Origin: Octopus sinensis
Taxonomy: Eukaryota
Length of the DNA: 64,000 nt
Direction of reading: 5' to 3'
Assembly: GCF_006345805.1 (NCBI RefSeq)
Contig: NC_043000.1
Coordinates: 8,308,001-8,372,000, forward strand
Positions within the stretch are counted from its first letter, which is position 1. Each line of letters opens with the position of its first letter. This document shows, in pieces, positions 25,960 to 38,700 of this stretch. The notes below the pieces were generated by a model. It was not told where the DNA came from. It did no database searches and saw only the letters and a list, made by a program, of their open reading frames with translations. The translations under genes and the position numbers were made by a program.

Positions 25960-26320
25960 TAAAAACGGTGAAATAACAAAAGAAAGAAAGAGACCTCAAT
26001 ATTATGTAAATAGAGGAAATTTATCTATAAAATAATATGTTACATTACTCAACAGTCAAGATAAAACTCTGAGTTTCAGATGCCGAAGTGGAAATCCACA
26101 ACGTCATCTCTTCGGTTATCTGGCCATCTGAAAAAACGCTACGAAAAAATACCGTTATATAAAAGGAAATTACAGTAATTTCCCTTTATATAACGGTATT
26201 TTTTCATAGCGTTTTTCAGATGGCCAGATAACCGAAGAGATGGTGTTGTGGATTTCCACTTCGGCATCTGAAACTCAGAGTTTTATCTTGACTATTGAGT
26301 AATGTAACATATTATTTTAG
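25956..26320. mobile_element. Penelope-like-element terminal remnant forming a ~292 bp near-perfect palindrome with two hammerhead-like motifs
   Basis: Arms 26028-26173 and 26175-26319 are reverse complements (centre GGAAATTAC-A-GTAATTTCC). Motif GATAA-CCGAAGA-GATG...CATC-T-GAAACTCAGAGT-T-TTATC at 26227-26287 (+) and 26060-26120 (-). Flanked by (TA)n on both sides. Confidence 0.75.
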
Positions 26321-26404
26321 ATATATATATATATATACATATACACATACATATATATATAATGTATATACATGCACACACACACACATACACACATATA
26401 TATA

Positions 26405-26680
26405 TCATCATCATCGTTTAACGCCTGCTTTCCATGCTGGCATAGGTTGGGCAGTTTGACTGAGGCTGGCAAGCCTGGTGGCTGCTCCAGGCTCCAATCT
26501 ATTCTGGTAAGGTTTCTATAGCTGGATGTCTTTCCTAATGCCAATCACTCTGAGAATGTAGTGGGTGGTTGTTATGTGCCACTGGCACAGGGCCAGTCAG
26601 GTGGCACTGGCATCGACCATACTCGAGTGGTGCTTATTGCGTGCCACCGGCATGGGAGCCAGTCAGGCAGCACTGATATA
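26405..26680 (-). mobile_element. Family B SINE (RTE tail)
   Basis: (CAT)n-CGTTTAACGCCTGCTTTCCATGCTGGCAT...GGATGTCTTTCCTAATGCCAA, with internal GTGCCAC.GGCA repeats. Confidence 0.8.
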
Positions 26681-26799
26681 TATATATGTGTGTGTACACA
26701 GACACACACACGTGTATACAGGGTTGTACTCCAGCCTGGCCACAGTCTAATGACTGAAACAAGAGAATAAAAGTATATGTATATATGTTTATGTGTGTG

Positions 26800-27060
26800 T
26801 TTGTGTTTCTGCTTGTCTCTTGAAGTCATGGCATAGTCATAAATAAACATCACTGTCATACAAGCTGAGTTCCTCATTATCAGCTTCCTACGTAAGCATG
26901 CCTGGTCATGGGGAAATATTGCCTTGCTTGGAAACAGGTCAGGGTTGGCAACAAGGATGACATCTAACTGTTGGAAACTTGTCTCAATGAATTCTTTCAG
27001 ACCCATGCAAGCATGGAGAAAATATGAATATTAGAATGTTGATGATGATGATGGTGGTGG
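26800..27060 (+). mobile_element. SINE 3' half with RTE-type tail (family E)
   Basis: GGTCATGGGGAAATATTGCCTTGCTTGGAAACAGG...ACCCATGCAAGCATGG...(GAT)n; also at about 37945-38237, 53700-53955 and 57045-57400. Confidence 0.7.
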
Positions 27061-27660
27061 TGGTGAAGAAGAGGAGGAGGAGGAGACCCTATCATATAGA
27101 TTTAGTGAATTTTCTCAAATAATACCTTGCAGTAAACTAGAGACAATGGGTTTTGGTTTCACCAAAATTAAAACCTACTCAGAAATGATTAGGACTTAAA
27201 CTTACATATGTAACATATCCTGTATAATGAAGAAATTAAGAAGCCTCTGGGGAATAGAAGAGCATTGAAAAAAAAAAAAATTGGAGATATCTGAGCATTT
27301 ATATTGTGATGAAGGAAATTTTTGTAATTGACAGAAAACGCAGAAAGAATAAAACCAAAGTAGTAGAATTGCTGAGAGTCTAATCAGTAAGCTCAATGTT
27401 GTTATCAATTTAATATGGCTCTCTTTAGCAAAAAATATGTTTAGCTAAGCTAAGAATGTAGCATTAAATATACATGTATCTGTGGTGTAATTAATGGATA
27501 AGAGCTATATCTAGTTCAAATCCAGCCAGAAAGAAGACAACTATAACAATTGAAGTACAAATTGATCAAAACTTACTTGTAGTTGTAAATATAAAAAAAA
27601 AACCCATAATTTTTAAAGCTATGATGAATAGACCAATATACATACATATATATCTATATC

Positions 27661-27938
27661 TAGGAGATGGAGTAGATGAAATCCAGGTTATATATGTTTC
27701 CTAGCTAGCAGAACTTCAGAAGTAGTAACTACCCAAATGAGGGGTGCTCTGCTAGCTACTCTATCAATTCTCCTGCAAGTTAACATGGGATCTCTTGACA
27801 AGGTAACCTTCATTTGACTAAGGTAATTTTGGCCTGATGAGTAGCTTGTAGAGTACCCCTCGTTTAGTTAATTAGTACTTCCGAGGTTCTGCTAGCTAGG
27901 AAGCATATGTAGCCTGGATTTTATATATGCCATTCCTT
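27661..27938. mobile_element. Imperfect inverted repeat made of two hammerhead-bearing PLE remnants
   Basis: Arms at about 27678-27766 and 27835-27922. The + arm reads GGC-CTGATGA-G-TAGCTTGTAGAG...TTCTGCTAGCTA-G-GAAGC(ATAT)GTA-GCC (27831-27914); the - arm keeps GGAAAC. Confidence 0.65.
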
Positions 27939-29736
27939 AAATTTGGACTTTCACATACACAGCAACCCCAGTTGCTAACCGTGAATTATAAAATAACTTT
28001 TTGCAGCTTAATGAACTTCAATATGGGAAAAGTTTATAACCTTCTATATCAATAGGCCACTATTGTTCCTAGAAAGTTGTTTTTTATACCTTCTACAAAC
28101 TGCTTGAAGCTTACTAACTTCCTACACTTGGATCCTTGGATCTTACCTTTACACACACATATATACATATGTGATTATATTTTACTGACTCTGTTTCATT
28201 CATTCCAAACCTGTAATACATAAACATGAGATTAAAAGTACATGGTTTAATATTTGATTTTTTGTCTCTTCTATTCCCTTTCCTTTACTTGTAGAATATC
28301 TATAAAATTTATTTTGCTAGCAAATCAAAATAACCGTTCTTACTTTTCTTATTTTTCTGATGCATTCTTTTATAGATTCTTCATCTCTAACAATACATTT
28401 ATTCAATGTTATTATGTAAGCTCTGGCTACAGTATGAAAATTTGAATAAGAAAGAACAGCTATATTATTGGAATAGAAATATAAAAACTTGAAGCAAACG
28501 AACACATCCCTTTATCAAACGTATTCTTTAAAGATTACATATTCAATATATTTGTATGCAAGTCTTTCTCCTTGCATCTAAAAAGAGAGAAAAAAAAAAG
28601 AAGAAATTTCCAATTGTGCTTCACATTGTTGAATAATTCTGGTCAACTCTTCAATGGTATTGGTTACCTCTTGAAGGCTTAGAAGCAACCCATAGGCTTT
28701 TCTCCACCTCTGCAAATTTCCTTTGTCATGTTTCAATTTGGTATGGATCACACTTATAGTTTCTCATGCTGTGGTTGCTCTCTAGGATATAGGATGACAG
28801 TAAGGGCTTGTTTATTAGATATTCTTCTGGTCCAGTGGATCTTCTCTATAGTTGTTCGATCTGTTTAAATATAGCAAACCAAATTTCTATAAAAGTCTCT
28901 ACTGCCTTTAAAATGGGCAACCACATGATAGCTGAAGAATCTCAGTTTCTGTTAAAATCCATATTGATTCAGCTATGTATTCCAATGTATAAATATTGAA
29001 TTTTGCTTGTGAAATGAATTATTGAGAAGAGCTGGGTTTTTTAAATCTCCCATGGATGTCAGTGATTTAACTATTGCACTTGATATATGTAGTTTTCATA
29101 ACTCTAGATAAGCAAAAAACATTTACGATTAACAACCAAATCAGTAATGTGTGAACTATTTTCGGTTCTCAACTAAAAGTTATCACTAGTTATACTTTAT
29201 TCATCTTCTTCTATAAAAACAAAACAATGATTTACTGTCTCATTCTCAGAAAAATAACCTGTTTGTTTTCTTTTTCTCTTTTGAATACTATTTGTAAAAT
29301 GTTTATGATTTCCATGGATTTCACAAATATCTTTAAAACTTGATTTTCTGCTTGTTGAAGGAATTGTTTGAGAACAGCATTGCATTTATTTACTCCTTTT
29401 GTTTGTATGTTTTCCTCTTTAGCTTTCTTCTTTCATTCATTCTCAATTTCTTTTCTTTGTTTTTCTTTAAATATTTAGCTATGTGTAAAAGCTGTGAAGC
29501 TTGGATAACATGTTCTTGATATATTATCTGCTGAGAAAATGTATGAGTCTAGATGTACCATTGATTATATATTAAAAGATGAAGCCCATTATTAATAATA
29601 CAGTTCATGTAATGAATGAGTAAATAAGGAAATAAAATACTTAATAGTATGTAGATATAGCAATAAAATTATACGTATTCTTTTTATTTTCATAGATTTA
29701 TTTGTATGCCTGCATGTGTATGTATATGTATGTCTC

Positions 29737-29740
<4 letters not shown>

Positions 29741-29831
<91 letters not shown>
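29741..29831. repeat. (GA)n microsatellite
   Basis: Seen directly; another at 25435-25476. Confidence 0.97.
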
Positions 29832-29835
<4 letters not shown>

Positions 29836-30423
29836 AAAATGTATGTTCAAAACATGTGTTTGTATGTTTATATTTATAAGTTTTATATTTCATGTTTCCA
29901 TGGTAGAATGAGTAGGCTGGTTTCACAAATTTCAATATTTAGGAAAAGTGATTTTCCACTCAAATGCCAGTGGTGTGTTATTTATCTTCAGTGTGTCTTG
30001 AGTAGGAGGAGCACAGCATTAATGCTTCCAGTAGGGTCAGATGTTGTTAGTGATCTATTACTATAAACCTTTCAGCCATTATACATATAAATATATGTTT
30101 GTCTTTATGGTATGTAAAAATGCATGTATTTTGTAGATATTTAATTGGATGCAACTATAGCTGTGTGGTTAAGAAGCTTGCTTTGCAACCATGTGATTTT
30201 GGGTTCAGTCCTACTGCATGGCACTTTGGGCAACTGTCTTCTATTATAGCCTTGGGCTGACAAATGCCTTGTCAGTGAATGTGAATGGCAGAAGCTAGGT
30301 GGAAGCTTATCATATAATGTACATGTATCTTTGTGTTTTGACTTTTGAACAGGACACTTCATTCTAACATTTCTCAGTATATCTAGTGGTTGTCAGTATG
30401 TACCAGTATACTGTCTGGGGAAT

Positions 30424-30500
30424 TACAACCGTGTTTCGTGGTCTGCTACCACAACAGCTCCTTTATGGGATCCAGCTGGCTCAAGACATCATCAGGAGGA
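30424..30500 (-). ncRNA. Hammerhead-like motif with extended stem II
   Basis: Minus strand CTGATGA-TGTCT...AGCT..TCC(CATAAA)GGA-GCT...AGACCA-C-GAAAC-ACG-GTT: both core boxes are canonical, stem I is poor. It lies just downstream of a family A SINE head (30147-30305). Confidence 0.45.
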
Positions 30501-31491
30501 ACTGAACTAGTGTCTTAACTTGTGAAAAAAAATATCTGATTCCTTTTCCTTGTAAATCTTAAGCTTATGAACCCTTGTGGTTTATGAAGATATCGTATAA
30601 TCTAACTTAATTTGTATAAATATCTTGCTTGAAGATAATTTCATTGTAATAGGTTTTCATTCATTTAACCATTTTGTTACCATATTTCTGTTGGAATAAC
30701 TTGTCTTTGTTTCAGTCAATTTTGAAAGTGTCAAAGAATTTAGTAAAATAACTTTGTTGTTATTCAAGCTGGTGTCTGGAATATAAAGGAAAATGAAATT
30801 TTGATGGGAGATTTTTTTTGGTCACTTTAAAGCAGGGAGTTTAATCTCATTGAGTTAGGGATAGTGTCAGACCCTTTTATATGAATTTAACCCTTTTGTA
30901 TTTTTATACTGATTTATTGATGATAATGAATTGCTTTGAACTTATTCTCTATTTTATGGTCAGATGTATTAATAAATTTGTTCTTGTTTGTTCAGGTAGG
31001 CCAAAGGTTTGGAGTATAATTCTTAAATTGTTTTTCACTCTTATCTATGTCCAAATAATAATATATATATCCGTTTTAATAAATAGTTGATTAACTTGGA
31101 TTTTTAAAAATTATAATTCTGAAAATAATAATACTTTTGATTATTGAAAGTTTTTGATGACTTATAAGAATAATCTATGGTTTTTGGACTTTATTTTACT
31201 ATTAACTTTTAAAAGCTATTTTTCAATGTGCTTAATTATTCTCCATTGTTATGTGCCATTGATATCACTTCTCCCCTGCAAAACTTGTGTGATAAAGTTT
31301 TGTGAGACTGATGGATAATTTGTATCATTAATATAATTACATTGCTCTTGAATGATATTTCGTTCTATCTGAAATGTATATATATTTTTTTCTTTAAAGG
31401 TATATAACATGGTATCAGATAAAGTCTCTTACAAGCTGAAAGAAATTCAGAACATTTGTATCTGAAAAGTATTTCTTTATATATGTGTATG

Positions 31492-31547
<56 letters not shown>

Positions 31548-31941
31548 GAATAAAGAAAAAGCAAAATATTTATCCCATAACCTAATGGAAGAGAATCAAT
31601 TTTATTTTAACATTTTGTGATCAGAACTGTCTGGAAATGGGTAATCAGCACAATATTGATTTTAGTGCAAAGAAAGAAGCACTTTTATAGTCAGGCTAAG
31701 ACATTAGATGTGTAAAACGAATAAAAGAGCTGGAATCAGAAAGTGAAACTGGGCTGCATACTTAGTTGTTGGGAGCCATATATATTGTTCTCTTTGCATT
31801 GGTATTGTATATAGATGTGAAATATTCATGTTGGAAAGCTTTGCAGTATCTAATACAGAAAGAGACAGCAGTTAGATATAGGAATCAAAAGAATAAGCAG
31901 AGCGAAATTACTGTACTGGCTATGAATAATTATAGAAGTAA

Positions 31942-31979
<38 letters not shown>

Positions 31980-32397
31980 ATAGAACTGTGAATAGTATAT
32001 TACTAACTACTACTAATAGTTGATAGCATTTTTGAAAATATATGATGTAAATTGAGTAAGGAAATCTGATAACTACATTATAATTGCCCAAGTGGAGATT
32101 AACCAAAAAAACTAATTGAAGGAATTAATGTATATTAGCTTCCAAGAGATGGGAGAAAGATATATGAAGCTGTTGATAAGGATGATGATGTAATACATTT
32201 GGGTTTATGACTCACTTTGCATTTACAGCATTTGAAACGATGGTGATTGGTTCGTTTCAGATATAAATTTTGATATTGCATTTTGTCCTTTTTGTAAGGA
32301 ATGTTATTCCTTTTGATCCAGACTTCCTTTTGAAGTTCAGATTTCAGATCTAACCAATATCTTTCATTCATGGGGGGAAAAAGTGTATTGTCAAAAA

Positions 32398-32788
32398 TCT
32401 TTATATATAAAGCTGAAGTTGTCTGTGTATGGCAAGTTTGGTAGCCTTCAACTAACACTATCTCCTTCGAGACCCTGCGGCACAAGTTGACCAAAATTGA
32501 GAGTATGATAGAAGAAGGCTTGCTCTTCATTCCGTAGAAGAAAAAATTGAAATCGGACCATGTTAAGACCAAAAACTTTTTACATAAAAAAGGTGCCTTT
32601 TTTCTATGAAAATCCCTATTTTTTACGATTTTTTTGACTGCTGTGTTACCATTTTTCGGTGTATTTCAACCAGAAAAATGTTCACTTAAAGAGAATAACA
32701 AGCTAGAGAATGCAAAATTTTTACTGTTCAAAAATTCCAATTCTAAAGGGTTGAAACAAACCCGAGCAATGCCGGGCAATACTGCTAG
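32398..32788 (+). mobile_element. Non-autonomous Helitron, copy 2
   Basis: A|TCTTTATATATAAAG...CCCGAGCAATGCCGGG...CTAG|T; highly similar to 18806-19195. Confidence 0.9.
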
Positions 32789-33217
32789 TATATGAAAAAG
32801 CTCAAACATGAATGACTGAAATTTTTGTTTTGATTCGTTTTCATTAAAATTTCAAATATCTGTGTGTGTGCATTTTAACCTGTTGCCTATCTAAAGCATT
32901 TTCATAAATTCGTCCTAAATGTCCAAGCTTGTTTGCAGACTTTTAATTAGCTTTTGTTTCATATGTTCTGAGTAGTGTAAAGCTTTCCTTTCCTAAGTCC
33001 CAAATTATTCTGGTAGTTGAAAAAATTTGGTAATGTGTATCATATATGATGCATGGATTGCTGGGAAATATGTCTTGCATATCACATATGATGCACAGGA
33101 CAGGCAAAAGGTTAAAATCCAGTTTCTTACCTAAAAATGACTGCATAAATGAATTTCAAGGTTTTTAATGACATATTTTATGATTTCATTTTCTCAGTCA
33201 TAAGTGTGTGATGTGTG

Positions 33218-33259
<42 letters not shown>

Positions 33260-34036
33260 TGTCTGTGTTTGTTTCCATCACTTGACAACTAGTGTGTGTT
33301 TATGTCCCCGTAATTTTGCAGTTCAGCTAAAGAGATTAATAGAGTAAGTAACAATCTTAGAAAATTGAGTACTGACATTCATTTGCTCAACTAAAACCCT
33401 TCAAGTCAGTGCCCCAGCATGGCCACAGTCCAGTGACTGAAGCAAGTAAAATATAAAAGTCAAAATATACTGTTCCAGCTGATCTCGTTTGGGAAATTCC
33501 TGTAAAGATACTTATAGTCTCTTTAAATTGCAAAGAATAATTTTGGCAAGTTCCTTTTTAATACCTACCTGTAAGATTATTCTAATTTTGTGAGTAACCC
33601 TATGTTAGTGTATCCTGTACAAAATTATTTTTATTTATGTTAGCAGTTTCAGATCAGCTTTACTATTGTAGAAAAGCATATCCTAACTGGAGTTTCCTGG
33701 AACCCTACAGTTCTGTAATAGGTCATCAGGGATTCTACAAGAAATACTAATAAATAGACTAATTATATGCCAAATCATTTTTAGTAATTTTTGTGTTTAA
33801 TTCTATATTTGTAATCTTATTTTATTATACATGCTTGGTACATTCCCTGAGGGAGGGAAATCCTGGCATCTGTAGATTATAAGATGACTCTGCAGGGGTA
33901 ACATGTTTTTTTAAAAGGAATTGTTCTTGCTTTAGAAAAGAGTTGTAAACTTTCATTGTAACATTTGATGGATTTAGATTGCCAAACTTTTCAAAGACAG
34001 TTTTATGATTTGCTTAATCCCTTATAAAATTTAACT

Positions 34037-34662
34037 TTAAACCCTTTAGCATTCAGATTATTCTGTCAAATGTAATGCTTATTTATTCACATTGTTTTGA
34101 ATTAATCATACATTATATAGGTGCAGAAGTGGCGGTGTGGTAAGTAGCTTGCTTACCAACCACATGGTTCCGGGTTCTGTCCCACTGCGTGGCACCTTGG
34201 GAAAGTGTCTTCTACTATAGCCTCGGGCCGACCAAAGCCTTGTGAGTGGATTTGGTAGATGGAAACTTAAAGAAGCCTGTCGTATATATGTATATATGTG
34301 TGTGTGTGTGTTTGTGGATCTGTGTTTGTCCCCCCAACATCACTTGATAACTGATGCTGGTGTGTTTATGTCCCCGTAACTTAGTGGTTCGGCATAAGAG
34401 ACTGATAGAATAAGTACTAGACTTACAAAGAATAAGTCCTGGGGTCGATTTGCTCGACTAAAGGCGGTGCTCCAGCATGGCCACAGATAAATGACTGAAA
34501 CAAGTAAAAGAGTAAAAGAGTATCTTGTAACTTTGAGATTTTGATGTTTCTGTATTTTTAGAATGATATTGCAGTTGTGAGAAGCCAGACCTGGCTATTT
34601 TGAACATAAAGCAGGTAGAATATTTGGGCCAGATTTGGCCAATTTAAATGCTAAAGGCTTAA
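34037..34662 (+). mobile_element. piggyBac-type MITE family B interrupted by a full-length family A SINE (34120-34520)
   Basis: The MITE sequence breaks at CATTAT and resumes at TATCTTGTAAC after the SINE (TAAAAGAG)n tail. Confidence 0.88.
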
Positions 34663-34887
34663 GAAAGAGAAACATCAATAAAAATATATATGAAAATTAT
34701 GAAAATATTCATTAAAAGATATTTTTGAACCAGTCGCTTCAGTTATGCATTGTATGAAGTCCTACTATAAAATATACAGTTTGTTTTTAACATAAATTTT
34801 CAGTGTTTTCAAAACAATCTAATTGTCCATTGTGGTATATTTTCTTATAAAATAAATCCATTACATTAAGTTTATGTTAAATTCATA

Positions 34888-35320
34888 GGCGTAGGCATGA
34901 CTGTGTGGTAACAAGCTTGCTTCATAACCTCATGGTTCGGGGTTCAGTTTCACTGTGTGGCATCTTGGGCAAGTGTCTTCTACTAGAGCCTTGGGCTGAC
35001 CAAAGCCTTGTGAGTGAATTTGGTAGAGGGAAATTGGAAGAAGTTCATTGTGTGTGTGTGTATATATATATGTGTGTGTGTATGTATGTGTGTCTTTGTG
35101 TCTGTATTTGTTGCCCCCAGCCCTGCTTGACAGCTGGTGATGGAGATTTACGATCCCGTGACTTAGCAGTTTGGCAAAAGATACCAATAGAATAAATAAC
35201 AAGCTTTTAAAAAATAAGTACTAGGGTTGATACATTCGAGCAAAAATTCTTCAAGGCAGTGCCCCAGCATGGCTGCAGTTTAATGACTGAATCAATTAAA
35301 TGATGAAAGATAAAAGAAGA
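34888..35320 (+). mobile_element. tRNA-derived SINE family A
   Basis: Full head, core, microsatellite and tail. Confidence 0.85.
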
Positions 35321-35348
35321 TACAGTTTGTGTTAATTATAGTTTATAT

Positions 35349-35534
35349 CAGTGCTTTGTAACCGTTTTTCACTTGCAGTACACTTAAATTCTTTTCAAAA
35401 TTCGGTGGCACACCTGAACTAAAAATATAACTAAAAGTAAAGGGTCAAAAATTATATTCAGGTTACACTGTGGCACACCTAGCATTGTCATGTGATGCAC
35501 CAGTGTGCCATGGCATACCGGTTGTGGAGCACTG
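35349..35534. mobile_element. hAT-type MITE with 8-bp TSD
   Basis: TIRs CAGTGCTTTGTAACCG / CGGTTGTGGAGCACTG; TSD GTTTATAT (35341-35348) / GTTTATGT (35535-35542). Confidence 0.85.
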
Positions 35535-36039
35535 GTTTATGTTAATTGCATTTGTACTATTTTGGAAATCTTTGTCCTGGGTTCAGTTCAGTTTATGAAA
35601 ACTTCTTGGAAACTATAAGATGCTAAAGTTTTTTTTACAAAATCCATACAGACATCTTTACCTAAATAACTATTTAGCCCTACAGAAATTAAGCTTATTT
35701 TTCTGAGTTAGACTTAATTTTATTATCAGCTTCTTCTTATACAAGCGCACAAAATGGCTGACACTATGTAATTAAAATGCCGAAAATGGGCAAACATTCA
35801 AAAACCTATATCACTATGATAACTTGAGTGACAAAACTTGTTAATAGTTTTCCAATCAATAACTGTGCTAAATTTAATCAAAATCAGGAATAGAAATAAT
35901 TCCCATAAAACTTTTTAAATTGATTGCATAATAATTTTATTCCTAAATCCATAAAACGAATGTTATTTTTTAAAGTTACTGCTTTCAAGCTCTTTTGTAT
36001 TAATTTAGTTTGTTTTAGTTGTTGATGTCAGCTTTTGTT

Positions 36040-36250
36040 TTAATTGGTTTGCTTCTCGTCAGCCTTGATCAAGCAGACCTATGATCAGAGGTTGTTCAGT
36101 CGCGTCCATGCCATTTTTTAAAATTTCATGCATTGTGTATTTAAGACTAGCGTATCCAATGTGTCCTTCATTTATAATAGGTTGTGATTTAAAGAAGATT
36201 TGGCTGCTTTTTCTAGAGAATTTCTTAACCACATAAAAGCTCTCTTATTG
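36040..36250 (-). mobile_element. Dispersed SINE-like repeat (also at about 54310-54520)
   Basis: Shared GAGCAGACCTATGATCA...GTGATTT.AG..AGATTTGGCTGCT.TTTCTA motif order in both copies. Confidence 0.5.
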
Positions 36251-37311
36251 GCTATCATTTAAGCTGAACACTGTGGTTGAAGCTCTATCTTATGGTTTCT
36301 CTACAATATCCTCTGGTTTCTATTTCTTAATATTACAGATTCTACTTTTCATTGTGTGTGTATGTGTGTGTGTGTGTGTAATTTCATCAGTTTTGCAAAT
36401 TTAAGCATCTTTAAATTTTGGATATTTAACCTATCTAGCTGATAAATGTCAGAAATGCCAAGAATACTATGGTAAACATGTTCTTAGGAAAAAAAATGTA
36501 TGGTATGATTAATGAATGGCAAATATATTTTTGATTAGGGAATTTGTTAAATTCAATGTTGAAACAGAAAAATATTTTTTTCTGATTTTGAAAAGGAAAT
36601 GGTCGATAATTGTTGCTGTTTCCTTATGTAACTCTTAATGTTAAAAATAAAATACGTTATCCAGAACAAATATATATCTTGCTGCAATAACAAGCAAGTA
36701 TAATTAATGGAGCAGTCAACCATGTCATCACATTTTTCTGTATATTTTTAAAATTCTAACCAAATCTTTTTCAGCGGACATTATCATACTAATAATGTAA
36801 TACATTTAACTATCACATATAGATAAGTATACGTATATATATATTAGTGACATTACAGTCATTGAGTGAAATAATGGCTTGTTAGTAAGTTATGGTTGGA
36901 CTTGTGACATATAAAACCAGAAACATTTCTCAACTAAGTGATCAAAGTGGCTTTTTGATCATGTCATTTGAAATTGGCTTGTTATTGTTGAGTGGTTCTG
37001 ATCAGCTTAGCTTGAGTAGATCTGTTACGTAGATGGAGGTGAATTAAAGAAATTGAACAGTGTTCTGATGTAATCATCTTGCATTCAGTGTAGATATGTT
37101 GACCTTAAGGCTCAAAACACCTCTTTAGTGTTTAAAACACAAGGTCTCCAGCTTAAGTATCATAGAGGATTTGGACAAGTTAAGCAACTATTGAGAAATT
37201 TCCTGTCTTTTTTTGTTTATTTTCTTTTTAAAATGCTAATAAGGGTTGTTGTAGCTTCTGAAATGATTTAATTTTGCAGGCTTCTGCTAGCAATGTCAGT
37301 ACTTTGCCTTC

Positions 37312-37530
37312 TTAATCCTTTAACATTTGGATTATTCTGTCAAATGTAATGCTTATTTATTCATATTGTTTAGTATTATTCATGCTCTATCTCAGCTTCA
37401 GTGATATCGTTTACTTATTTTTAGAATGACATTGCAGGGTAGATGTAAGAAGCTGGATCTGACTGATTTGAACATAAAACAGCTAGAGTATTTGGGCCTG
37501 ATGTGGCTGGTTTAAATGCTAAAGGGTTAG
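37312..37530 (+). mobile_element. piggyBac-type MITE family B
   Basis: TTAATCCTTTAACATT...AATGCTAAAGGGTTAG. Confidence 0.8.
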
Positions 37531-37679
37531 GTCAGTGTTAGATTTTCAATCTTTTTGACTTTGTCGGCACACTGTTGATCAAGTAAAAGATTACAGTTGC
37601 ATTTCATCTGGAGATTAAAAAAGATTGACCAACGTACTTTGCATGGGAAAGTATTTAAAAAGAAACCCAAACAAACTAA

Positions 37680-37717
<38 letters not shown>

Positions 37718-37804
37718 TATTAGGAAAAATAAGGTACTCAAAAATCTGGATGGTTGTACATTTACAGATTTTTATTAATATGTCACATGTTTTCATAAAT
37801 CATA

Positions 37805-37845
37805 TATTAGCACTTGCATCTACTCTAGCAGATTCTTCAGATTTG
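37805..37845 (-). ncRNA. Degenerate hammerhead-like motif in a PLE remnant (about 37720-37900)
   Basis: Minus strand CTGAAGA-ATCTGC(TAGA)GTAGAT-GCAAG; the remnant begins directly at a (TA)n run. Confidence 0.4.
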
Positions 37846-38489
37846 AATTTTGTGAGGGGATTCGTCTCTTTTTATAGCATTATTGAGTGTGTAGGGGTGA
37901 AGGGAGATATAGGATAGTAAAAGAGGGTAAGGAATGGGGAGAAAGTCATATATCTAGGTTCAGTGTCACTGTTTGGCATCTTGAACTCAGCAAGTCTTGT
38001 GAGTGGATTTGATAGGTAGAAACTGAAAAAAAAACCCTGTTTTATGTGTGTGTGTGTGCATTCATGTATGCATATGAGTGTATTTGTTTTGACATTGTGA
38101 TAACTGTTGGCAAGCATCACTGCCATTCAACTGGTGTCTTCCATGAAAACATGTCTGGTCATGAGGAAATATCACCTTGCTTCAACTAATTCCATCTGAT
38201 CTCTGCAAGTGAATCTTAAATCGATGATGGTAATGATCTTGATTTACATATATCAAATTTATGGTTAGTATAGATTATCTAAAACCTTAAACCTTTTATT
38301 TTTAAAAATTTGGGATGTGCCTCAGTATTCTTTGTGGGGCACCAGTTCCCTGCAGTGTGTTTGTGAGAGAACAGTGAAAGCTTTTGTTACCATTCAAATG
38401 TTAAAATGCATTGCCTTTGTTTCAATTTGAAAATAACAAAGAATTTCATAAATTAGCTTTCTCATTATCTAAGGGATGTTTTTTAAGGG

Positions 38490-38700
38490 TTGTGACCTGG
38501 CAGAATTGTTAAGGAGTCGGACAAAATGCCTTGTGGTATTTCTTCTGATTCTTAACTTTTGAATTCAAATTCTTCTGTGGTCAACTTTACTTTGTGCCTT
38601 ACCTGGGTTAATAAGAATACCAGTCAAGCAGTGGGGCCAGTAGTATCAAATTCTCTTCGCCCCTTAAAATTAATTGGTCTTGTGTAAATTTGAAACCATT
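38490..38700 (+). mobile_element. tRNA-derived SINE family C nested in MITE family A
   Basis: CTGGCAGAATTGTTA...GAATTCAAATTC...GGTCAACTTTACTTT...ATACCAGTCAAG, the reverse of the 49075-49860 units. Confidence 0.6.

Noticed and set aside
32135-32572. 145-aa minus-strand ORF
   Set aside because: Begins inside the non-autonomous Helitron and runs into AT-rich flank; no domain recognised.
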